From assembly GCA_018716135.1 (NCBI GenBank), contig DVKG01000009.1:37525-101524 (forward strand): a stretch of 64,000 bases of DNA, given 5' to 3'. Positions 59,287 to 64,000 of the stretch are shown here, one piece after another. Source of the DNA: Candidatus Scybalosoma faecavium. GTDB taxonomy: Bacteria; Bacillota; Clostridia; Christensenellales; Christensenellaceae. Made by a program: the position numbers and the translations under genes. The notes under the pieces are model-generated. The model worked only from the letters and a program-made list of their open reading frames with translations. It did not search any database and had not been told where the DNA came from. Position 1 is the first letter of the stretch. Each line of letters begins with the position of its first letter.

Positions 59287-60189
59287 TTATTTACCGGCTT
59301 GCGTTATGCAGCCCGAGTCCACGTCGAGCTTCCCGTCGCAGTTCATTATCTTGCCTTCTGCGACCACACTTGTAGACCCGCCTGTTATCGTAAGAGCCGT
59401 AACGCTCTGGAGTCCGTCGTCTCCCGCGTTTATAGTTATGTTTCCGCCTTCAATATAGATATATCCCTTGTTGGCATCCGTTTCATTGTCAGCTTTTATG
59501 CCGTCTTTTCTGGCTTCGATTTTAATCTCTCCATTCCGTATAAGCACAGAATCATTGCCTTTCAGGCCATGGTTAGCCGCAGTCACATTCACACTGCCGC
59601 TGACTATTTTGAGATCGTTTTTCGAGCCTATTCCATTGTTCACATTTCCGGCGACGTTCAGCGTCCCGCTGCCGTTTATAGTAAGGTCGTCCGACGAATA
59701 TACACACGCCGTCGCATCTGACGCCGCAGCATCGGCGAAGCTGTTTTCAGTGCCGTCCGCGAGAGTTATCAGCGTTTTGTCCGCACTGTTTACACAAAAC
59801 GGCGCTCCCCGCCTGCTCGTTAGATTCAAACCGTTAAGCACGATTTGAACCTTATCGCCTGCGCTTTTATCCGCTTCCACTATTATCTGTCCATCAGAGC
59901 AGGAGCCGGAGATTATATACGTGCCCGCCTTTGTTATTTTTAGAGTAGTCCCTTCGGCAGATATGCCATCTCCCGTCGCCTCTACGCCTCCGTCTGAAAA
60001 GACCGCTTTTGCCGCTGTGCTTTCGTCGTAATCGCTGGTTAAATCGTAATCTGAGAAAGACGCCGTCGCCGTCCCTGACGTTTCGCTCAAATCCGCCGTC
60101 TGCGACTGCACCGCCGCCTGACATCCTCCCATCACAACCATAACGCCGAGCGACATAATAATCGCTATAATCCTAGTTAATTTTTTCAT
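59287..60189 (-). CDS. Lipoprotein with a parallel beta-helix-like repeat region (Cthe_2159-like carbohydrate-binding family)
   Basis: 300 aa. Signal peptide with the lipobox-like VVMGGC. Repeated ..G.(I/L).(I/V)....(D/N)G(I/L).. rungs (LNVAGNVNNGIGS, VNVTAANHGLKG, IKIEARKDGIKA, ITINAGDDGLQS). Confidence 0.5.
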   Translation of the reverse strand: MKKLTRIIAIIMSLGVMVVMGGCQAAVQSQTADLSETSGTATASFSDYDLTSDYDESTAAKAVFSDGGVEATGDGISAEGTTLKITKAGTYIISGSCSDGQIIVEADKSAGDKVQIVLNGLNLTSRRGAPFCVNSADKTLITLADGTENSFADAAASDATACVYSSDDLTINGSGTLNVAGNVNNGIGSKNDLKIVSGSVNVTAANHGLKGNDSVLIRNGEIKIEARKDGIKADNETDANKGYIYIEGGNITINAGDDGLQSVTALTITGGSTSVVAEGKIMNCDGKLDVDSGCITQAGK

Positions 60190-60251
60190 CCGCGTTTCCT
60201 TTCCGTCTCCCTGATTCTCTAAGCCGCAGAATTGCCTCGGCTTAGAGCTGG

Positions 60252-60306
60252 TTCAATAAGGGGCACCGCCGTCTGTAGCGGCGGATTTCATATGTTCACG
60301 GTTATA
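60252..60306. repeat. Dispersed intergenic repeat, copy C (short form), inside the 5' UTR of the lipoprotein gene
   Basis: TTCAATAAGGGGCACCGCC ... CATATGTTCACGGTTATA. The termini match copy A. Confidence 0.6.
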
Positions 60307-60335
60307 ATTATACCGCGTAAATCAAATGTAGGCAA
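60307..60335 (-). promoter_or_regulatory. Sigma-70 promoter of the lipoprotein gene
   Basis: On the minus strand: TTGCCT (60335..60330), 17-nt spacer, TATAAT (60312..60307). Predicts a ~110-nt leader. Confidence 0.6.
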
Positions 60336-60522
60336 CGCATTTTTTGTTTTATTATTCTTCATAATCCCCATTATTCAAACTCGCATTTGTATAATACGTT
60401 TGATATATCATATAACAAAACAAGGCGGGCAGTCTTTTTTTCAACCGTCCGCCTTTATACTTACACGTATTCTTCTTTAAATCTATTCACACTTTTGTAA
60501 TGCTCTCACAACCCAGGCTTTA

Positions 60523-61638
60523 TCAGTATTTCAACACTTGACCGACATATATTCTGTCGGGATTCGCTATGTTATTCTTGCCTACGAGCCGCTGCACGCT
60601 CACGTCCAATCTGTTTGCTATTCTTGTCAGATTGTCCCCCGGCCTCACTATATATGCACTGTCCAGGCCTCTGGACGTGTTATACCCGCCGGCTCGCGGT
60701 ATACTGACCACTTGCCCGGGATATATTCTGTTCGGATCCTGTATTGAGTTTGCGCGCAGTATTTCGTTCAAATCTGTTCCGCTGTTTTGAGCTATGTCGT
60801 ACAGAGTATCTCCCCGCTGCACGATATACCTGCTCTGCGCTCCCAATTCTTTGCGCGGTGCATCCGTGTATATCCTCAGCACCTGACCTGGATATATTCT
60901 ATCCGGATCTTTTATTGAGTTATACTTCACCAGCTCTTCTACCGTCACGCCGAATCTGCGCGCTATAGCGTACAGCGTATCTCCGCTCTGAACGGTATAG
61001 TACACAACGCTGCTGCGCCGCCTGGTATCACTCCCGCCGTTCTGCGGCAGAAGCTTTGTAACCTCTACGGAATCGCGGAAGTAATCTTCATCTACATAGC
61101 CGTCTATTCCCAGACGCCTGCCTTTATCCGTATACTGCCACCCCGTCCACGTGCTCCATTCTCCGGTATCAGGAGCGGCAACTCCGTACTGAGCTACCCA
61201 TAGCGGAAAGCGAGTCAGCCCCGTGTAATCCGCACGTGCAGAATAGCTGTCGGTATATATCATACCTCCGATCCCGAGCAGTCTCTCCGCCTCTTCGAGA
61301 AAAACTCCGACCACTCGGCTAAAGCTCTCTTTACTTGTGAAAAACCTTCTGTTGCCCGGTTCTACAGCAAAAAGAGCATCCGATCTGCGGCCGGAGAGCG
61401 CTCCTGCGAAATACCTCGCCTCTGCACGCGCCTCTTCGTCCGTCCGCGCGAGCAGATAGTGATAGAACGCAGTTTTCAAGCCTTCGCGCCTCGCTCCATC
61501 GTAATAATCGTCCAGCCGAGGATCACGATAGTCTGTGCCCTCTGTAGCCTTTATGTAAAGCAAACGCACGTCTGTTTGTGCAAGTCTGGGGAAATTTATC
61601 TCCCCCTGCCAGTTACTTATATCTATACCTCTAATCAT
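60523..61638 (-). CDS. GH25 lysozyme (muramidase) with three C-terminal LysM domains, no signal peptide
   Basis: Start moved to ATG 61638 (MIRGIDISNWQG; GGGAGG RBS). LysM repeats YTVQSGDTLYAIARRFG, YIVQRGDTLYDIAQNSG and YIVRPGDNLTRIANRLD. Confidence 0.85.
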   Translation of the reverse strand: MIRGIDISNWQGEINFPRLAQTDVRLLYIKATEGTDYRDPRLDDYYDGARREGLKTAFYHYLLARTDEEARAEARYFAGALSGRRSDALFAVEPGNRRFFTSKESFSRVVGVFLEEAERLLGIGGMIYTDSYSARADYTGLTRFPLWVAQYGVAAPDTGEWSTWTGWQYTDKGRRLGIDGYVDEDYFRDSVEVTKLLPQNGGSDTRRRSSVVYYTVQSGDTLYAIARRFGVTVEELVKYNSIKDPDRIYPGQVLRIYTDAPRKELGAQSRYIVQRGDTLYDIAQNSGTDLNEILRANSIQDPNRIYPGQVVSIPRAGGYNTSRGLDSAYIVRPGDNLTRIANRLDVSVQRLVGKNNIANPDRIYVGQVLKY

Positions 61639-61752
61639 AATATACCTCCCAATATCCTTGGTTGAATATATTATGCTCCAACGCAGAAGGTTGTCACCCA
61701 AATTCTTTTTTCGTAACAAAAAAGAGCGCCGAAGCGCTCTTGTATGCCATTG

Positions 61753-62283
61753 TCAGTTATATTCCGGTTCAATAAGACCAAGGTCGCCGTCCTTGCGCTT
61801 GTACAGCACGTTTACATCGCCCGTCTCGGAATTAGAGAATACAAAAAAGCTGTGTCCCAGCAATTCCATCTGCATCTGCGCCTCCTCGACATCCATCGGC
61901 TTTACGGGGAAGGTTTTTCTTCTGACGATGACAGCGTCATCTTCTTCCATATCCTCCATCTCATAGACAGGCTCCTGAGCAAAAGCTCCGTCATGCAGTC
62001 TCTTTTCGAGCTTAGTCCTATGCCGGCGAATCTGTCTCTCGAGCTTCTTGAGAGCCGCGTCTATCGAACCGTACATGTCCCCGCTGACCTCTTCTGTCCT
62101 GAGCACTACCCCGTCGAAGGGTACAGTCACCTCGGCGATGTGCCTGCTCTTTTCTATCGAGAGCGTGACATAGACGTCAGTCTCGGGGCGGAAGTATCTC
62201 TCGAGCTTTGAAGCCTTCTTCTCGACCAAACCCTCCAGATACTTAGAAATTTCCATGCCTTTACCTGTAACAATAAGACGCAT
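61753..62283 (-). CDS. hpf: Ribosome hibernation promoting factor (long HPF)
   Basis: Start moved to ATG 62283 (MRLIVTGKGMEISKYL; AGGAGG RBS). Has the C-terminal dimerisation domain. Confidence 0.93.
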   Translation of the reverse strand: MRLIVTGKGMEISKYLEGLVEKKASKLERYFRPETDVYVTLSIEKSRHIAEVTVPFDGVVLRTEEVSGDMYGSIDAALKKLERQIRRHRTKLEKRLHDGAFAQEPVYEMEDMEEDDAVIVRRKTFPVKPMDVEEAQMQMELLGHSFFVFSNSETGDVNVLYKRKDGDLGLIEPEYN

Positions 62284-62463
62284 GTAGCTGCCTCCTTTCA
62301 TCGGTACAATTATTTATGTACCTTCTTATGTGTTCTATATAATACTTCGACGCCGGTGATTAAAACTCCTGCAAACATTGTGAAATATCTAAAAATTTTT
62401 GCATGCCCGATTCAAGCCCAAGCCTCGCGCGCAGCGCCATGCTCCCGAAGGACAAATCCACAT

Positions 62464-62678
62464 TAAAAACGCACGGGCTGACCTGGTCTTTGACCCCACA
62501 CTCGCCGTCCGGAGGGTTCGCTCATAAAGCCCTTGCTCCCCCACTACTACCCCTCTCGCCGATAACGACGGACGGACTTACACCTAAACCGCACCATGCT
62601 CACGAGAGTTTCTCTCGCTTACGTGGGTCGTTTCGCCTGCGACTGGCATCGACTTTCAACCACAGACCCCGTGCGTAT
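62464..62678 (-). ncRNA. Structured ~215-nt RNA upstream of hpf; candidate raiA-motif ncRNA
   Basis: It has its own promoter (62685..62713). The 5' end CGCACGGG/CUG/UGGU pairs with the 3' end ACCA/CAG/CCCGUGCG, followed by U5. Internal helices are CGAGAG-AAA-CUCUCG and CCGUCCG...CGGACGG. It is GC-rich within AT-rich flanks and sits directly 5' of raiA/hpf. Confidence 0.55.
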
Positions 62679-62684
62679 AATTTA

Positions 62685-62713
62685 ATTTTAGCAAAAGCTC
62701 GGAGCCTTATCAA
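62685..62713 (-). promoter_or_regulatory. Sigma-70 promoter of the candidate raiA RNA
   Basis: On the minus strand: TTGATA (62713..62708), 17-nt spacer, TAAAAT (62690..62685). Confidence 0.6.
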
Positions 62714-62727
62714 GTACATTTTTTACC

Positions 62728-62756
62728 TTGCCATTGACAGAAAATTCATGTATAAT
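62728..62756 (+). promoter_or_regulatory. Sigma-70 promoter of the SCIFF operon
   Basis: TTGCCA (62728..62733), 17-nt spacer, TATAAT (62751..62756). Lies ~37 nt upstream of the SCIFF start. Confidence 0.6.
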
Positions 62757-62792
62757 CTAATAGACTAGTCATTAAACAAGGAGGCGTCTAAA

Positions 62793-62960
62793 ATGAAGCA
62801 TATTAAAATTGTAGCAGCATCCTGCCTGAAGGACAGCGCGCAGCATGGCGGCTGCGGCGAATGTCAGGCTTCCTGCCAGTCCGCATGCAAGACATCCTGC
62901 ACGGTTGCTAACCAGCCCTGCGAGCGCGGCACAAAGGTCAGAGTTCCGCAGAGCAAGTAA
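62793..62960 (+). CDS. SCIFF (six-cysteines-in-forty-five) ranthipeptide precursor, 55-aa variant
   Basis: Not in the track. AAGGAGG lies 8 nt upstream. My translation is MKHIKIVAASCLKDSAQHGGCGECQASCQSACKTSCTVANQPCERGTKVRVPQSK. The core GGCGECQxSCQSACKTSCTVxNQxCE matches my recollection of the SCIFF signature. Confidence 0.9.
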   Translation: MKHIKIVAASCLKDSAQHGGCGECQASCQSACKTSCTVANQPCERGTKVRVPQSK

Positions 62961-62976
62961 TTCTGAATTTACGAAG

Positions 62977-63004
62977 AGCGGCGCTGAATGCGCTGCTTTT
63001 TATT
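62977..63004 (+). terminator. Intrinsic terminator/attenuator between the SCIFF precursor and its maturase
   Basis: AGCGGCGC-UGAAU-GCGCUGCU hairpin (8 bp, one G-U pair) followed by UUUUAUUA. Confidence 0.6.
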
Positions 63005-63049
63005 ACGAGAAAACAAATATAATTATATAATTTTTTAGGAGAAAACAAA

Positions 63050-64000
63050 TTGTTACACGCCGGAAAAGCTTTAGATACATATTTTATACTCGACGTCGAA
63101 GGCGGCGCACTCATGGAGGTTGACGAGCTGGCATACAAAATCGCCAAGCTAATGGAAGAAGGCGAGCAGAGTTCTGAAAAAATCGTCTCCTCACTCTCCC
63201 GGAGCTTCTCTGAAAGCGACATACGCGAGGTTCTTTCAGAGCTGGACGAGCTTCGCAGACAGGGCGTTCTCAACGTACCCTGCCTTCAAGACAAAGTAAA
63301 ATTTCCAAAACCCGCTATAAAATCTATGTGCCTTCACATCGCGCACGACTGCAATCTCCGCTGTTCATATTGCTTTGCCAAGGAAGGCTCGTATATGGGA
63401 AACAGAGAGCTCATGAGCGAAGAAGTTGCAAAAGCGGCGCTTGATTTTCTGGTCGAGCGCTCTGAAAACCGCATTCAGCTCGAAGTGGACTTCTTCGGAG
63501 GTGAACCTCTGATCAACTTCGGCGTCGTCAAGGCGGCGGTCGCCTACGGCAGAGAGCTGGAAAAAAAGCATGGCAAAATCATACGCTTTACGTTAACTAC
63601 TAACGCATATGCCGTCACTGACGAAATCTCAGACTTTATAAACTCTGAGATGAAAAACCTCGTCATAAGCATAGACGGACGCAAAGAGATACACGACCGC
63701 GAGCGCAAAAACGCCGCCGGAGCAGGCAGCTATGACCGAGTGGCGAAAAATGCTCAGAAGCTCATAGCCGGCAGAGGGGATCAGGAATATTACATCCGCG
63801 GGACATACACCAGCCGCAACCTCGATTTTGCCAACGATGTGCTCAGCATTGCCGATCTCGGCTTTGATCAGATTTCCGTCGAGCCCGTAGTGACAGACGG
63901 CGAGCTGGCGCTCACTCTCGACCATATCCCCCAAATTCGAGCTGAATACGAAAAACTCGGACGCATAATAGAAGCTCGGCGCGAGGACGGCAGACCTTTT
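63050..64000 (+). CDS. SCIFF radical SAM/SPASM maturase (CteB-type thioether-forming), 3'-truncated by the window edge
   Basis: Not in the track because the frame stays open to the window end. TTG 63050 follows AGGAGA. My translation is LHAGKALDTYFILDVEGGALMEVDELAYKI.. (RRE-like N-terminus) then ..CLHIAHDCNLRCSYCFAKEG.. (CxxxCxxC) and ..FFGGEPL... Confidence 0.85.
   Translation, partial: MLHAGKALDTYFILDVEGGALMEVDELAYKIAKLMEEGEQSSEKIVSSLSRSFSESDIREVLSELDELRRQGVLNVPCLQDKVKFPKPAIKSMCLHIAHDCNLRCSYCFAKEGSYMGNRELMSEEVAKAALDFLVERSENRIQLEVDFFGGEPLINFGVVKAAVAYGRELEKKHGKIIRFTLTTNAYAVTDEISDFINSEMKNLVISIDGRKEIHDRERKNAAGAGSYDRVAKNAQKLIAGRGDQEYYIRGTYTSRNLDFANDVLSIADLGFDQISVEPVVTDGELALTLDHIPQIRAEYEKLGRIIEARREDGRPF

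Noticed and set aside
62400-62700. The GC-rich structured segment could be tmRNA, RNase P RNA or SRP RNA.
   Set aside because: There is no tRNA-like 3' end (T-arm plus CCA) and no alanine-tag ORF ending in ..LAA, which argues against tmRNA. There is no GAGGAAAGUCC P4 strand and the segment is too short for RNase P. There is no GUCCGGAAGGAAGCAGC domain IV motif for SRP RNA. The segment ends in a closing helix plus U-tract and sits upstream of hpf, which fits a raiA-type RNA better.
62734-62739. A perfect TTGACA hexamer as the SCIFF -35 element.
   Set aside because: It lies only 11 nt from the TATAAT box. The adjacent TTGCCA (62728..62733) has the proper 17-nt spacing.
62403-62768. Track ORF of 121 aa on the plus strand.
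   Set aside because: It has no RBS and a Pro/Ser/Leu/His-rich composition typical of a GC-rich non-coding frame. It runs antisense across the structured RNA and both promoters.
62845-63030. Track ORF of 61 aa (MAAAANVRLPASPH..).
   Set aside because: It is out of frame over the SCIFF precursor gene and its terminator and has no RBS. The SCIFF frame has a strong RBS and a family signature.
1-64000. A window-wide scan for CRISPR arrays, transposases, integrases, toxin-antitoxin pairs, restriction-modification systems or other defence/mobile modules.
   Set aside because: No regularly spaced direct repeats and no ORFs with transposase, integrase, Cas or restriction hallmarks were seen. Every ORF longer than 100 aa that is not an antisense shadow has a plausible housekeeping or cell-envelope assignment.

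Overview
This 64-kb window looks like chromosome from a spore-forming Clostridia-class Firmicute. It has a strong GC3 bias, which produces many long antisense shadow ORFs in the track. Content is almost entirely core housekeeping.

Gene order on the plus strand, left part:
- argS (5'-truncated) and serS
- a 2x[4Fe-4S] ferredoxin
- a YabB-like methyltransferase and rsmI
- a thiazole-branch thiamine operon, thiS-thiF-thiG-thiH-tenI

Gene order on the minus strand:
- a cupin and a Cmk-like protein
- ComB-like / metG / tatD / TatD-associated radical SAM
- abrB (with spmAB divergent on the plus strand)
- tmk-holB-ricT, a HAD hydrolase, and truA-ecfT-ecfA(fused)
- the complete S10-spc-alpha ribosomal superoperon, rpsJ to rplQ, at 22.6-39.0 kb
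- an ECF sigma / anti-sigma pair next to a secreted Ig-repeat NlpC/P60 hydrolase
- punA, trmD-rimM-khpA-rpsP-ffh-ylxM, ftsY and smc

Right part of the window: tRNA-Thr(CGU), a methyltransferase plus an M20 amidohydrolase, ddl-murF, a GNAT, a DUF3795 protein, a beta-helix lipoprotein, a GH25-LysM lysozyme and hpf.

Items the ORF track misses:
- rpmJ and rpmD
- a 50-aa acidic ORF
- the 55-aa SCIFF ranthipeptide precursor and its open-ended radical SAM maturase at the right edge
- a ~215-nt structured RNA upstream of hpf (candidate raiA-motif ncRNA)
- a terminator-embedded leader upstream of thiS (candidate HMP-PP riboswitch)

I see no CRISPR array, transposase, integrase or prophage module. I also see no convincing wholly new multi-gene system. 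The most interesting signals are:
- the two candidate RNAs
- the SCIFF locus, which shares a divergent control region with the candidate raiA RNA
- a short dispersed intergenic repeat
- a zinc-ribbon Nudix gene wedged between infA and rpmJ
- a four-cysteine variant of uL24

All calls come from reading the sequence and from remembered family features. No searches were run.
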